In this document: positions 1 to 12,081 of the stretch, one piece after another
How the letters are laid out: each line of letters opens with the position of its first letter
Numbering within the stretch: position 1 is the stretch's first letter
Assembly (NCBI GenBank): GCA_963725865.1
Contig: CAVSAC010000019.1
Span: forward strand, 138,320-202,319
Length of the DNA: 64,000 nt
Direction: 5' to 3'
From: Candidatus Eiseniibacteriota bacterium
GTDB lineage: Bacteria > Eisenbacteria > RBG-16-71-46
The notes under the pieces: model-generated
The model's input: only the letters and a program-made list of their open reading frames with translations
Database searches by the model: none
Told to the model about the DNA's origin: nothing
Position numbers and translations under genes: made by a program

Positions 1-302
1 GGGCACAGCACCGTGAGCGCCGCCGCCAGGAGCGTGACCGGGTACGCCCGCGCGTCGCCGGCCCACAGGCCCGACACCCCTGCCAACCACAGGAGGCCGA
101 TCAGGGTCTTCGCCGCCAGCACCGGCACGAGCGGCACGTGGAGCCGCGTCGCCCACTCGATCCACGGACCGACCTGGCCCATCAGCGTGAACTGCTCGCC
201 GGTCACGAACGGATAGAGGCCCTGGAAGAGCAGCGTCAGGCCGGGGTAGATCGCGCACACGGTGAGGATCACGAGTGCGCCGGGGCGGATGGGTCGGGTC
301 AT
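1..302 (-). CDS. Hypothetical membrane protein (runs off window start)
   Basis: Not in ORF track. Manual translation MTRPIRPGALVILTVCAIYPGLTLLFQGLYPF... has several hydrophobic stretches; AAGGAG RBS upstream; same strand as the acyl-CoA genes. Confidence 0.7.
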   Translation of the reverse strand, partial: MTRPIRPGALVILTVCAIYPGLTLLFQGLYPFVTGEQFTLMGQVGPWIEWATRLHVPLVPVLAAKTLIGLLWLAGVSGLWAGDARAYPVTLLAAALTVLC

Positions 303-354
303 GCGTGGGCTCTCCTTCGTGGGTCCGGCCGCGTCGGGTGGCGGGCCGACCGGG

Positions 355-1548
355 TCAGGCCGCGTATTCGCGCACCGCTTCCTTCAGCACCTGGGCGGCG
401 ACCACCATCTTCTGCACCTCGGTCGTGCCCTCGTAGATCTCGCAGATCTTCGCGTCGCGCAGGTAGCGCTCGACGTGGAACTCGGACAGGTAGCCGTAGC
501 CGCCGTGCACCTGCACCGCCCAGTTGGCGCAACGCGTCGCCGCCTCGGAGGCGTGCCACTTGGCGAGCGAGGCCTCCTTGGTGTGCGAGCGGTCGCGGTC
601 GCGCAGCCACGCGCTCTGGTACACCAGCAGCCGCGCGGTCTCGACCTCGACCGCGGAGTCCGCGAGCATCGCGCGGATGGCGTCGAACTCGCCGATCTTG
701 CGGTCGAACTGGACGCGCTCGCCGGCGTACTTCACCGCCGCCTCCAGCGACGCCTGGGCGATCCCGAGCGCCTGCGCGGCGATTCCGATGCGGCCGCCGC
801 CGAGGGTGGCGAGCGCCACGGTATAGCCCTTGTTGAACTCGCCGAGCAGGTTCTCCTTCGGCACCCGCGCGTTCACCAGGGCGATCTCGCGCGTGTCGGA
901 GGCGTGGATGCCGAGCTTGCGCTCCTTCTTGCCCTTGTTCACGCCCGGCGTGCCGGCGTCGATGATGAATGCCGAGATGCCCTTGGGGCCCAGCGTGCGG
1001 TCGGTCGAGGCGTAGGTGATGAGCACGTCGGCCGGGCCCGCGTTCGTGATGAACACCTTGGTGCCGTTCAGCACGTAGTGATCGCCGTCCAGGACGGCGG
1101 TGGTCTCCTGGTTCGCCGCGTTGCTGCCCGCGTTCGGCTCGGTCAGCAGGTAGGCGCCCAGCAGCTCGCCCTTCGCGAGCGGCACGAGGTACTTCTGCTT
1201 CTGGGCCTCGTTGCCGTACGTCATCAGCGGGTAGCACACCAGCGAGTTGTTCACCGATGCGATCACGCCGTGGCTCGCGCACGCGCGCGACAGCTCCTCG
1301 ATGGCGATCACGTACGAGAGGTAGTCCATCCCCGCCCCGCCATAGGCCTCGGGCACGAACATGCCCAGCAGGCCCAGCTCGGCCATCTTCTTCACGTTCT
1401 CGGTCGGGAACTCGTGCGACTCGTCGATCCGCTCCGCGATCGGGCGGATCTCGGTCTCGGCGAAATCACGCACCATCTCCCGCACCGCGAGCTGGTCCTC
1501 GGAGAGATCGAACGACAGCCCGTCGCTGGCGGCCACGTCGGGGGTCAT
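355..1548 (-). CDS. Acyl-CoA dehydrogenase (butyryl-CoA/short-chain type)
   Basis: [48 protein letters not shown] motifs; ATG at 1548 overlaps the upstream stop (ATGA). Confidence 0.95.
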   Translation of the reverse strand: MTPDVAASDGLSFDLSEDQLAVREMVRDFAETEIRPIAERIDESHEFPTENVKKMAELGLLGMFVPEAYGGAGMDYLSYVIAIEELSRACASHGVIASVNNSLVCYPLMTYGNEAQKQKYLVPLAKGELLGAYLLTEPNAGSNAANQETTAVLDGDHYVLNGTKVFITNAGPADVLITYASTDRTLGPKGISAFIIDAGTPGVNKGKKERKLGIHASDTREIALVNARVPKENLLGEFNKGYTVALATLGGGRIGIAAQALGIAQASLEAAVKYAGERVQFDRKIGEFDAIRAMLADSAVEVETARLLVYQSAWLRDRDRSHTKEASLAKWHASEAATRCANWAVQVHGGYGYLSEFHVERYLRDAKICEIYEGTTEVQKMVVAAQVLKEAVREYAA

Positions 1549-2450
1549 GCCTTGGGTGCCTCGCGGTAGTCGTAGAATCCGCGACCGCTCTTGCGGCCGA
1601 GATGCCCCGCCTTGACCATCTTGCGCAGCAGCGGGCATGGGCGGTACTTCGAGTCGCCCAGGCCCTCGTGCAGCACCTCCATGATCGACAGGCAGGTGTC
1701 GAGCCCGATCAGGTCCGCGAGCGCGAGCGGCCCCATGGGGTGGTTCATGCCCAGCTTCATCACCGTGTCGATCGCCTCCTTGGTCGCCACGCCCTCCATC
1801 AGCGTGTAGACCGCCTCGTTGATCATCGGCATCAGGATGCGGTTCGAGATGAAGCCGGGATAGTCGTTGACCTCGACCGGCGTCTTGCCGAGGCGCTTCG
1901 CGAGGTCCTCGGTGAGCGCGCACGTGGCGTCGCTGGTGGCGAGGCCGCGGATGATCTCGACCAGCTGCATCACCGGCACCGGGTTCATGAAGTGCATGCC
2001 GATGACCTGATCGGGCCGCTTCGTGAACGCGGCGAGTTCGGTGATCGAGATGCTCGACGTGTTCGAGGCCAGCAGCGCGTGCGCTGGCGCGACGGCGTCG
2101 AGCTGCTGGAACAGCGTCTTCTTGACCGCGAGGTCCTCGGTCACCGCCTCGATCACCAGGTCGGCGTCGCGCGCGCCGTCGAGGCTGACCCCGCCCTGGA
2201 TGCGCTGCAGGATGCCCTGCGACTTCTCGGGCGCCCACTCGAGCTTCTTGGCGACGCGCTCGAGGCTCTTGCCGATGGTGTTGAGCGCGCGCTCGACGAA
2301 CTCCTGGCGCGCCTCGACGAGGCGCACCTCGAAGCCGTGGGTCGCGAACACCTGGGCGATGCCATTGCCCATGGTGCCGCCGCCCACCACCACGATCCGC
2401 TTCACCGCGGCCGACGGGCCGCTCGTCACTGCTTCGGTCGTCGCGCTCAT
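1545..2450 (-). CDS. hbd: 3-hydroxybutyryl-CoA dehydrogenase
   Basis: [13 protein letters not shown]-binding motif, [45 protein letters not shown] overlap with thiolase. Confidence 0.93.
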   Translation of the reverse strand: MSATTEAVTSGPSAAVKRIVVVGGGTMGNGIAQVFATHGFEVRLVEARQEFVERALNTIGKSLERVAKKLEWAPEKSQGILQRIQGGVSLDGARDADLVIEAVTEDLAVKKTLFQQLDAVAPAHALLASNTSSISITELAAFTKRPDQVIGMHFMNPVPVMQLVEIIRGLATSDATCALTEDLAKRLGKTPVEVNDYPGFISNRILMPMINEAVYTLMEGVATKEAIDTVMKLGMNHPMGPLALADLIGLDTCLSIMEVLHEGLGDSKYRPCPLLRKMVKAGHLGRKSGRGFYDYREAPKA

Positions 2451-3640
2451 CCCACACGCTCCACCGCCAGCGCCACGGCGTTGCCGCCGCCAAGGCACAG
2501 CGTCGCGAGTCCGGTCTTGAGGCCGCGGTCCTTCAACGCGTAGAGCAGCGTCGTCAGGATGCGCGCGCCGGAGGCGCCGATCGGATGCCCGAGGGCGACC
2601 GCTCCGCCGTTCACGTTGACGCGCTCCCAGTCCCAGCCGAGCGCCTTGCCGTCGGCGACCGCCTGGGCCGCGAACGCCTCGTTGGCCTCGATCAGGTCGA
2701 AGTGCCCGATCGACACGCCCATCTGCTTCATCAGCTTCTCGACCGCGACGATCGGCGCGAAGAACAGATCCTTCGGCTCGCCGCCCCCCGTCGCGTAGCC
2801 GGTGATGCGCGCCAGCGGCCGCGCGCCGGCCGCCTTCACGCGCTCACCGCTCATCACCACGAGCGCGGCGCCGCCGTCGTTGAGGCCCGGCGCGTTGCCG
2901 GCGGTGATCACGCCGCCCTTGTCACGCGTGACCGCGGGCAGCTTGGCGAGCGCCTCGATCGTGGTGTCGCCACGCACCGACTCGTCCTTCGCGACCACGA
3001 TCGGGTCGCCCTTGCGCTGCGGGATGCTGACCTTCGCCATCTCGGCGTCGAGCTTGCCGGCCGCCTGCGCCGCGGCGGCCTTCTGCTGGCTCTTCACCGA
3101 GAACGCGTCGATCTCGGCGCGCGTGAGCCCGGCCTTCTCGGCGGTGTACTGCGCCAGCTCGATCATGTGGCAGTCGTTGAACGAGCACCACAGGCCGTCG
3201 AGCACCACGCCGTCCTTGAGCGTCCCGTCGCCGAGCTTCTGGCCGTTGCGCAGCGCGAACAGGTAGTGGGGCACGTTGCTCATGCTCTCCTGCCCGCCCG
3301 CCACCACGCAGTTCGCGTCGCCGGCCTTGATCGCCTGCGCCGCGAGCATCACCGCCTTGAGCCCGGAGCCGCACACCTTGTTCACGGTCGTCGCTCCGAC
3401 CGCCGGGTCGATGCCGGCCTTGATCTGCGCCTGGCGCGCCGGCGCCTGCCCCGACCCACCCTGGGCCACGTGGCCCATCAGCACCTCGTCGATGTCCTTG
3501 GGGCCGACGCCCGCGCGGGACATCGCCTCGCGGATGGCGATGGCGCCGAGGTCTGATGCCTTGAGCGGCGCGAGCGCGCCGAGGAACCGGCCGATGGGCG
3601 TGCGTGCGGCACCCACGATGAACACGTCGGGATAGGTCAT
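2447..3640 (-). CDS. Acetyl-CoA C-acetyltransferase (thiolase)
   Basis: [23 protein letters not shown] and LCLGGGN catalytic motifs. Confidence 0.96.
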   Translation of the reverse strand: MTYPDVFIVGAARTPIGRFLGALAPLKASDLGAIAIREAMSRAGVGPKDIDEVLMGHVAQGGSGQAPARQAQIKAGIDPAVGATTVNKVCGSGLKAVMLAAQAIKAGDANCVVAGGQESMSNVPHYLFALRNGQKLGDGTLKDGVVLDGLWCSFNDCHMIELAQYTAEKAGLTRAEIDAFSVKSQQKAAAAQAAGKLDAEMAKVSIPQRKGDPIVVAKDESVRGDTTIEALAKLPAVTRDKGGVITAGNAPGLNDGGAALVVMSGERVKAAGARPLARITGYATGGGEPKDLFFAPIVAVEKLMKQMGVSIGHFDLIEANEAFAAQAVADGKALGWDWERVNVNGGAVALGHPIGASGARILTTLLYALKDRGLKTGLATLCLGGGNAVALAVERVG

Positions 3641-3787
3641 GGGAAAGCTCCCGCGATAGGTTCGAATGGGGTGGTCCGGAGCGCGGGGATACTACACGAT
3701 GCGCGTGGGCGGTGGCAGGGCCGGAGTCGCCGCGGCGCGGCGGGGCCGCGCCGTCGTCCCGGACTGCGCCGCGTGAGCGCCCCGCGC

Positions 3788-4390
3788 CTACGCGGCGTGG
3801 GGCGTGGTGCCGTCGGAGCGCGAAATCGAGGACTCCGCGGGGAAGCTGTGGCGCTGGCGCAGGGTATTGACGAGCGTCGCGCACTCCTCGGGGCCGAGCG
3901 AGAAGCCGAAGCGGAGCGGGCGCCCGTCGGTCAGGATCAGGATGCCGCCGCCGCCCGCGCCGACGAGCTTGAGCGCCGTCCGCGCGACGTCGGGGATCGT
4001 GGCGCCGAGCGTGCGGATCCCACGCACCCGGTCGAACGGCACCCGCTTCCATCCGCCCAGACCGAAGACCTCGCGTCGCACGCGGATCTCGTCCGCCGCC
4101 AGCACCAGTCGCTCGCGGCCGAACACCTGGAACATCACCGCGGCCATCGCGGCCAGACCGCCCACCGTCCAGAACAGCAGCCACAGTCCCAGGAACAGCT
4201 GAGCGGGCAGCGGCGTGTGGTCGGACAGCAACGCGTTGACGGCGAACACCTCGCCCGCCGACCAGCCCCAGAGCCACAGCGCCAGGAACAGCACGAGCGG
4301 CAGGCTGCGCGTGCCGGGCGCGATGATCTGATAGCCATCGGGCTCGTCGAGGATGGTGGCGCGCGGGGTGGGGCCGGCGACGTCGCTCAT
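3788..4390 (-). CDS. Hypothetical membrane protein (two TM helices, soluble C-terminal part)
   Basis: AGGAGG RBS before ATG 4390; LFLALWLWGW and LFLGLWLLFWTVGG hydrophobic segments. Confidence 0.75.
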   Translation of the reverse strand: MSDVAGPTPRATILDEPDGYQIIAPGTRSLPLVLFLALWLWGWSAGEVFAVNALLSDHTPLPAQLFLGLWLLFWTVGGLAAMAAVMFQVFGRERLVLAADEIRVRREVFGLGGWKRVPFDRVRGIRTLGATIPDVARTALKLVGAGGGGILILTDGRPLRFGFSLGPEECATLVNTLRQRHSFPAESSISRSDGTTPHAA

Positions 4391-4499
4391 GGGGTCGATT
4401 CCTCCTGGGTGCGCACGCATCGTACACCCGGACCGCCCCGGTGATCGGCCGCGCGCGCGCCGGCAGTGAGCCGCGGCTCCGGCCGCCCGCCCGCGAGCC

Positions 4500-5684
4500 T
4501 CAGCGCGAGCGCACGATCGCGATGCTGGCGGTATGCCCGTGCAGCAGGTTGCGGTCGCCGACCGGCCCGAGCTCGCCGGCGCAGAACATGCCGGCCGCCG
4601 GGACGGCGCCCCCGAGCGCCGCCTGCAGCGGGCGGATGTCCCCGTCGGGCGCGTTGTAGAGGCCGGTGCCGCGCCCGTTGCACGCGAACAGCAGCGCGGC
4701 GAGCGCGGGGCTGTCGAACTGCTGCGGCGAGAGCAGCATCTCGAGGTCCTCGCGCGCGGTCTCGGCGTCGCGCACGTGCAGGCGGATGCGCTCGTGGGCG
4801 GCGGCGCGGTCGCCGATCGCGAGGATGCCGCGATCGCGGTCGGCGCCGAGCAGGTTGCGGATCACGTAATCCCCGCGCCCCGAGGCATCGCCGCGCACCG
4901 GGCGTCCGATGTAGAGGCCGTTCTGCAGCCGCGCCCGTTCGGACTCGGGCAGCCCGCGCAGCACCTCCTCGGTGCGTTCGAGCGCCGGCCGCCCGTCGAG
5001 CGTCAGGATCAGGTTGTGCTCGGCTTCGGTGATCTCGAGCGACGGCCCGACCGGCCGGCAACCCTGCGAAACGATCACGTCGACGCGCAGCGCGCCCTTG
5101 AGCGCGATCGCGACACCGCCCGAGTCGCTCACCCAGTCGTTGAGCATCAGCGTGTTGCCGTTCGGCCGCAGCGCCGCGCTCGCGAGTCCGCCCACGACGC
5201 GGGTGCCGGGGGCGTGGCGCTGGAACGCCGCCAGCACGCTCTCGATGTCGAGCGAGAACGGATCGCCGAGCATCAGCACCAGCTCGGCGCCCTTCGCCTG
5301 AGGCGCCAGTTCGGCGAACACGCCGGGATTCTCGTAGGCGTCGGCCCACGCCTCACCCACCAGCACGAACGGGTGCACCGCGACGCCCGGCAGGCGCGCC
5401 GCGAGGATCGAGAGCGCGGGCTCGGCCTCGACCTCGTGAGTCATCGTGACGATGCCGCGAGCGGAGCCGCCCATCAGCGCCGCGGGCGCGAGGCGGCGGC
5501 GCACCGTGGTGGCGATCGCCTCGGTGTGCGCGACGTGGTGCGCAGACAGGAACACCAGCGCCAGGTCGACCGCGCCCTCGCCCAGTCGCGTGACGATCGC
5601 CCCGCACGCCTCCTGCGCCGCCGTCGCGGAGTCGGTGGAACGCGAGTCCGCGGAGGCCCAGCGCATGGCCGGGACGTCGTTCAT
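4500..5684 (-). CDS. FIST N/C domain sensory protein
   Basis: VVGGLAS, VSQGCRPVG, LLFACNGRG, GMFCAGELGPV, LHGHTAS motifs typical of FIST proteins. Confidence 0.88.
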   Translation of the reverse strand: MNDVPAMRWASADSRSTDSATAAQEACGAIVTRLGEGAVDLALVFLSAHHVAHTEAIATTVRRRLAPAALMGGSARGIVTMTHEVEAEPALSILAARLPGVAVHPFVLVGEAWADAYENPGVFAELAPQAKGAELVLMLGDPFSLDIESVLAAFQRHAPGTRVVGGLASAALRPNGNTLMLNDWVSDSGGVAIALKGALRVDVIVSQGCRPVGPSLEITEAEHNLILTLDGRPALERTEEVLRGLPESERARLQNGLYIGRPVRGDASGRGDYVIRNLLGADRDRGILAIGDRAAAHERIRLHVRDAETAREDLEMLLSPQQFDSPALAALLFACNGRGTGLYNAPDGDIRPLQAALGGAVPAAGMFCAGELGPVGDRNLLHGHTASIAIVRSR

Positions 5685-5691
5685 CGCGCGC

Positions 5692-6834
5692 TCACACGTG
5701 CTTCAGGATCTCGCGCGCGATGACGAGGCGCTGGATCTCGCTGGTGCCCTCGCCGATCTCCATCAGCTTCGCGTCGCGATGCATGCGCTCGACCGGCACG
5801 TCGCGGCAGTAGCCCATGCCGCCGTGGATCTGAATCGCTTTGTCGGTCACCCAGTTCCCGGTCTCGCTCGCGAACAGCTTCGCCATCGAGGCCTCCTTCG
5901 AGAACGGCTGGCCCGCGTCCTTGAGCATCGCCGCGTGATAGACCAGCAGGCGCGCGGCCTCGATGCGGGTCGCCATGTCGGCGAGCATGAACTGGATCGC
6001 CTGGAAGTCGGCGATCGGCTTGCCGAACTGGTGGCGCTCCTTGGCGTATCGCAGGCTGTGCTCGTAGGCGCCCTGGGCGAGGCCCAGCGCGAGCGCGCCG
6101 ATCGAGATGCGGCCGCCGGTGAGCGTGTTCATGAACGCCGTGAACCCGCCGGTCTGCTCGCCGATCATGTTCGCTTCGGGCACGAACACGTCCTCGAACA
6201 CGGTCTCGACCGTGTCGGAACCGTGGAGGCCCATCTTCTTCTCGCGCTTGCCGACCGAGAAGCCCGGCGCGCTGGTCTCGATGATGAACGCCGTGATCCC
6301 CTTGGTGCCCTTGGACGCGTCGGTGCGCGCGGTGAACGTGATGTAGGTCGCCACGCTGCCGTTGGTGATGTAGATCTTCGAGCCATTCACGCGCCAGCCA
6401 CCGGCGACCTTCTCGGCGCGCGTCTTGGTCCCGGCGGCGTCCGAGCCGGCGCCGGACTCGGTGAGGCCGAACGCGCCGATCGCCTCGCCCTTCGCCATCG
6501 GCACGAGGTACTTCAGCTTCTGCTCCTCGCTGCCGGCGCCGTAGACCGGCCCGCAGCCGAGCGAGACGTGGGCCGCCAGCGTGATGGCGGTGGAGCCGCA
6601 CCAGCGCGCGATCTCCTCGACCGCGATCGCGTAGGCGAGCGTGTCCATCCCCGCACCGCCGTACTTCTCGGGGTACGGCAGGCCGAGGAATCCCAGCTCG
6701 GCCATCGCCTTCAGCAGGTCGTGCGGGAACTCCTCGGTCTCGTCCAGATCGCGCGCGCGCGGGGCCACCACCTCGTCGGCGAAGCGGCGCGCCATCTCGC
6801 GCACCTGGAGGTGCTCCTCCTTCAGGAACAGCAT
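5692..6834 (-). CDS. Acyl-CoA dehydrogenase (second copy)
   Basis: [51 protein letters not shown]; start taken at MLFLKEEH. Confidence 0.95.
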   Translation of the reverse strand: MLFLKEEHLQVREMARRFADEVVAPRARDLDETEEFPHDLLKAMAELGFLGLPYPEKYGGAGMDTLAYAIAVEEIARWCGSTAITLAAHVSLGCGPVYGAGSEEQKLKYLVPMAKGEAIGAFGLTESGAGSDAAGTKTRAEKVAGGWRVNGSKIYITNGSVATYITFTARTDASKGTKGITAFIIETSAPGFSVGKREKKMGLHGSDTVETVFEDVFVPEANMIGEQTGGFTAFMNTLTGGRISIGALALGLAQGAYEHSLRYAKERHQFGKPIADFQAIQFMLADMATRIEAARLLVYHAAMLKDAGQPFSKEASMAKLFASETGNWVTDKAIQIHGGMGYCRDVPVERMHRDAKLMEIGEGTSEIQRLVIAREILKHV

Positions 6835-7033
6835 GCGGGGTCGGGCTCCATGGTGTGGGTTCACGCGGGAACGCCCGCATGGCGGCGGCGTGCGACGGGA
6901 CGGCGGGTGCGGATCGAGCGCAGGGACTCTACCCGATGCGGCCGGAAGCGCGGAAGCGACTCCGGCGGGCACGGGGCCCGGCGGTCCGTCCCGTGCGGAC
7001 GCCGAGCTCCGAGGTCTCAGTCGCGATCGTGGC

Positions 7034-7777
7034 TCAAGGCCGCCCGGGGCGTGGCTTCGCCGCGGGCGCCCCGCGTGCTTCGGACTCGTACCGGTGGGCG
7101 GGGCCGAGTGCGAGCCGCGTGTCCTCGTCGAGGTCACCGGAGAGATGATGCAGGCGCTCGATCACCAGCAGCCCGGTGGTACGACCCGCCATCCGCCACC
7201 AGGTCGTGGGCCGCGCGTTCGTCGCGACCTTGCCGTCGCGCGCCTGGCTCGCGCTGCCCGCCTCGAGGCCGAATGCGGTCTCGACCGGAAGCGGCCGCGC
7301 GCCGGCAGCGACCGCCTTCGGCGAGAGCGCGGCGACCAGAACGCGGAGCCCCAGCTGCCCCGAGCCATCCCGAGGCAACTCGTCCACCGTCACCTGGATG
7401 CTCCACGCCCCGTAGCCGCCGGTGCCCTCGATCAGGCGGAAGTGGGCGGCCACCGGCAGGCTGGCGACCGGATGGCCGCCACGCTCCCGCTCGGTGGCGT
7501 ACGCGCCTTCGGCGAACGCGCCGCGGAACGAGCCCATGAACGCGCGCTTGAGCGAGTCGGCCGGCTGCGCGCCCGGCACTCCGCCGTTGACCTCCAGCGA
7601 CGACAGCCACGCCAGGTTCGGCGCCCCCGGCGGCGGCGGGACGGTGTCGGCGATGGTGGTGGCGGGCAGCGGCGCACGGACATCCGCGGTCCCTGGCGCG
7701 GGCGTGCGCGTCTGCGAGCGCGCGAACGGCGCCGCGAGGAGCAGCCCGAGTAGCGTCATCGCGAGGCAGCGCTTCAT
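7034..7777 (-). CDS. Hypothetical secreted protein
   Basis: Signal peptide [29 protein letters not shown], Pro-rich linker. Confidence 0.7.
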   Translation of the reverse strand: MKRCLAMTLLGLLLAAPFARSQTRTPAPGTADVRAPLPATTIADTVPPPPGAPNLAWLSSLEVNGGVPGAQPADSLKRAFMGSFRGAFAEGAYATERERGGHPVASLPVAAHFRLIEGTGGYGAWSIQVTVDELPRDGSGQLGLRVLVAALSPKAVAAGARPLPVETAFGLEAGSASQARDGKVATNARPTTWWRMAGRTTGLLVIERLHHLSGDLDEDTRLALGPAHRYESEARGAPAAKPRPGRP

Positions 7778-7792
7778 GACAGCCTCCACCTG

Positions 7793-8017
7793 CTAGTGCG
7801 GTAGGGAATCCACCTGCGCGTTCAGCTTCGCCGCCGCGTCGGCGGCGTTGTCGGATGCCTTCAGCGCCGCGCCCACGCCCGCGGCGCCGGGGATCGGCTC
7901 CTTCGCCAGGATGCTGTCGCGCTGGCGCTCGGTCAGCTCCTTCTGCTCGGCCGGTTGCTGCCTGGAGCAGCCCGCGAGCGCGAACAGCGCCACCACGACG
8001 AACATGGTCTTCCTCAT
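7793..8017 (-). CDS. Small lipoprotein (74 aa)
   Basis: [17 protein letters not shown] lipobox; ATGA overlap with the upstream gene. Confidence 0.8.
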   Translation of the reverse strand: MRKTMFVVVALFALAGCSRQQPAEQKELTERQRDSILAKEPIPGAAGVGAALKASDNAADAAAKLNAQVDSLPH

Positions 8018-8631
8018 GACGGACTCCCTTCCGGTTCGAGCGGCGCGCTCTCCACCAGCCGCCGGCCCGCGGCGCGCGCCCGCGCGAGCAACGCGGCGTC
8101 GCGCATGACGCTGCCCAGCTCCACGTCGTCGTGCTGCCACGCGATGGTCTCCTCCCACTTCGCCCCCACCCACTTCAGGAACCCCCGCACGCTGCGCTCG
8201 GCCAGGTCGTAGCGGTGCTTCGAGTCGCACGCCGTCACGAACATGCCGCGGCGGGTGCGCTCCCAGCGCGGCCGGGTGTCGAACGTGCCGTCGCGCAGCC
8301 GCACCAGCGGCGTCACGCAGTTGCAGCGGTCCATCACCTGCTTGAGCGGACCGCTCACGGAGTCGAAGTAGATCGGCGAGCCCACCACCACCGCGTGCGC
8401 GGCCTCGAGCAGCGCGTACACGCGATCCATGTCGTCGCGGAAGATGCACAGGCCGTCCGTCGGCTCGGGACCGCAGGCCATGCACGGCATGATCTTCAGG
8501 TTCACGCACCGGATGTGCTCCGCGTAGCCGCCAGCCTCGACCGCCCCCGCCATCACCTCGGCGAGCAGACGATCCACGCTGCTGTCGCGCAGCGGGCTGC
8601 CATTGAGCGCGAGCAGCAGTCGTGCGCTCAT
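8014..8631 (-). CDS. Flavodoxin-like NADPH-dependent FMN reductase / iron-sulfur flavoprotein family
   Basis: LNGSP, PCMAC...C..RDDM Cys cluster, GSPIYF, LKQVMDR. Confidence 0.88.
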   Translation of the reverse strand: MSARLLLALNGSPLRDSSVDRLLAEVMAGAVEAGGYAEHIRCVNLKIMPCMACGPEPTDGLCIFRDDMDRVYALLEAAHAVVVGSPIYFDSVSGPLKQVMDRCNCVTPLVRLRDGTFDTRPRWERTRRGMFVTACDSKHRYDLAERSVRGFLKWVGAKWEETIAWQHDDVELGSVMRDAALLARARAAGRRLVESAPLEPEGSPS

Positions 8632-9377
8632 CGCTTCCGCTTCGCGCCCGCCCGGCCCGCGCGCTTCGCGGCCGGCTTCGCGACCCGGCGCGCCGGCTTC
8701 GCCCGGACGCGCGCGCCCTTCGCACGCGTGCGGACCGCCGCCTTCGGTCGCGCCTTTGCCCGCGGCCGTGCCTTGGGCCTGGGCTTCGACTTCGGCTTCG
8801 GCTTCGACTTCGGATTCGACTTGGCCTTCGCGCGGGCGGGCTTCGCTGCGGCGCGCGCGGCCGGCTTCGGAGCGCGATGGTGGCGCCGCTCCGCCGCGGT
8901 CGCCAACGGGAACGCCGCGCCGCCGGACGGCGCGCTCAGGGCCGGCCGCGCGGGCAGCGGCGCGAGCACGTCGGCGCCGAAGCGCTCCGCGAACCACGCG
9001 CGGATGTAGACGACGATGTCCTCGGTCGAGGAGCCGGGGCCGAACAGCCGGCCGATGCCCGCCTGCGCCAGCGCCTCCATGTCGTCGGGCGGGATGATGC
9101 CGCCGCCGGTCAGCAGCTTGTCGCCGATCCCGCGCTCCGCCATCAGGCCCTGCACCGCGGGGAACAGCGTCATGTGCGCGCCGGAGAGGATGGAGAGCGC
9201 GACCACGTCGACATCCTCCTGCACCGCCGCCTCGACGATCTGCTCGGCGGTCTGGTGCAGGCCGGTGTAGATGACCTCCATGCCGGCGTCGCGCAGCGCG
9301 GCCGCCACCACCTTGGCGCCGCGATCGTGCCCGTCCAGGCCCGGCTTGCCCACCAGCACTCGGATCTTGCGTTGCAT
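8628..9377 (-). CDS. Acyl-CoA mutase small (B12-binding) subunit with long Lys/Arg/Pro/Ala-rich C-terminal tail
   Basis: [12 protein letters not shown] base-off/His-on motif, SILSGAH, GGIIP, FGPG; followed by a basic low-complexity tail of about 85 aa. Confidence 0.93.
   Translation of the reverse strand: MQRKIRVLVGKPGLDGHDRGAKVVAAALRDAGMEVIYTGLHQTAEQIVEAAVQEDVDVVALSILSGAHMTLFPAVQGLMAERGIGDKLLTGGGIIPPDDMEALAQAGIGRLFGPGSSTEDIVVYIRAWFAERFGADVLAPLPARPALSAPSGGAAFPLATAAERRHHRAPKPAARAAAKPARAKAKSNPKSKPKPKSKPRPKARPRAKARPKAAVRTRAKGARVRAKPARRVAKPAAKRAGRAGAKRKR
8772..8830 (-). repeat. Imperfect 6-bp tandem repeat encoding [17 protein letters not shown]
   Basis: ttcgac/ttcggc hexamers reiterated on the + strand. 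Confidence 0.7.
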
Positions 9378-9421
9378 GCGACTCGGCTCTCCTTCCGTGA
9401 TCCGTCGCCGTGCGGCGCGGA

Positions 9422-10135
9422 TCAGCGTTCGGTCTCCTGGATGCCTTCCACGTCGGGCATGTTCGCCAGTTCCTCGAGCGTCTCCTCGTAGGCGCGGCGC
9501 GCTTCCGCGTACTGCTCGTCGGGGACCGCGACGGGCTTGCCGTCGTCGTCGAGCGGGCGCCGGATGATGCCACCCGACTGCAGCATCTCCAGCGCGATGT
9601 TCGCCGACTCCGGAGTCTCGAACGGGTGGGCCTGATACTCCCCGTCGCGCCCCAGCAGCTCCAACCGCCACGGGTCGACGTCGGGCGCGCCGCGCACCAC
9701 GCGGCCGGCGGTGAAGTCACCGGCGTCGAGCTGCACCCCCGGCATGCCGCCACCCTCGCCGCCGCGGCGAGCGGTCGCGATGATCTGGTCGCGCACGTCC
9801 TCCCAGCGCACCTGGCCCGAGGCGATCGCGGCATGCGCCTCGCCGAGCGGCAGGATGCGTACGTCGGCGCCCATCGGCATGAACACCTGGCCGGTCGAGG
9901 TCACCGCCAGCACCGCGCCCTGCTCGGGCTCGCCCTCGTCGGCGTCGAGCAGGTCCTCGAACTCGACGGGCTCCTCGTTCGATTCCGCCGTTTCCGGCTC
10001 GTCGGCCGGCGCGGGCGCGGGCCGCTCAGCGGGCGTGGTGGCGTCCGGCGCGCCGCCGGTGGCCCGGCGCAGGAGTACCGTCACCACCGCCATCACGGCG
10101 GCGGCACCCAGCAGCGGGATCCACGGAAAGGTCAT
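9422..10135 (-). CDS. Hypothetical N-terminally membrane-anchored, very acidic protein
   Basis: N-terminal TM ([18 protein letters not shown]) followed by [27 protein letters not shown]; lies between the two mutase subunit genes. Confidence 0.75.
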   Translation of the reverse strand: MTFPWIPLLGAAAVMAVVTVLLRRATGGAPDATTPAERPAPAPADEPETAESNEEPVEFEDLLDADEGEPEQGAVLAVTSTGQVFMPMGADVRILPLGEAHAAIASGQVRWEDVRDQIIATARRGGEGGGMPGVQLDAGDFTAGRVVRGAPDVDPWRLELLGRDGEYQAHPFETPESANIALEMLQSGGIIRRPLDDDGKPVAVPDEQYAEARRAYEETLEELANMPDVEGIQETER

Positions 10136-10147
10136 CGACCGCCTCGC

Positions 10148-11911
<1,764 letters not shown>

Positions 11912-11957
11912 GGTGTCTCCTTGGGCGGCGGCCGGTCGATGGGCGATGGACCGCGCG

Positions 11958-11987
11958 AGAGTACGGGGGCGCTCCGAAGGCGGTCAA
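11958..11987 (-). promoter_or_regulatory. Putative sigma70 promoter of the mutase operon
   Basis: TTGACC-N18-TACTCT, about 46 nt upstream of the GTG start. Confidence 0.55.
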
Positions 11988-12081
11988 GAACCACGCGCGG
12001 GCGCTGCCGGGGCGCGGCGCCGGCGAGCTCCTCGCCCGGCGGGCGCTGCCGCCGACCGTGCCCCGCGCGCAGGCCGCGGAC

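Noticed and set aside
355..2493. Long ORF-track entries suggesting N-terminal fusions (712-aa acyl-CoA dehydrogenase, 606-aa flavodoxin, 1286-aa CHAT, 803- and 807-aa GTs)
   Set aside because: The extensions are off-frame read-through of the upstream gene; the true starts sit at ATGA/GTGA overlaps.
11912..12081. Cobalamin riboswitch upstream of the B12 mutase
   Set aside because: No recognisable B12-box, and the predicted leader is only about 40 nt; an Infernal scan would settle it.
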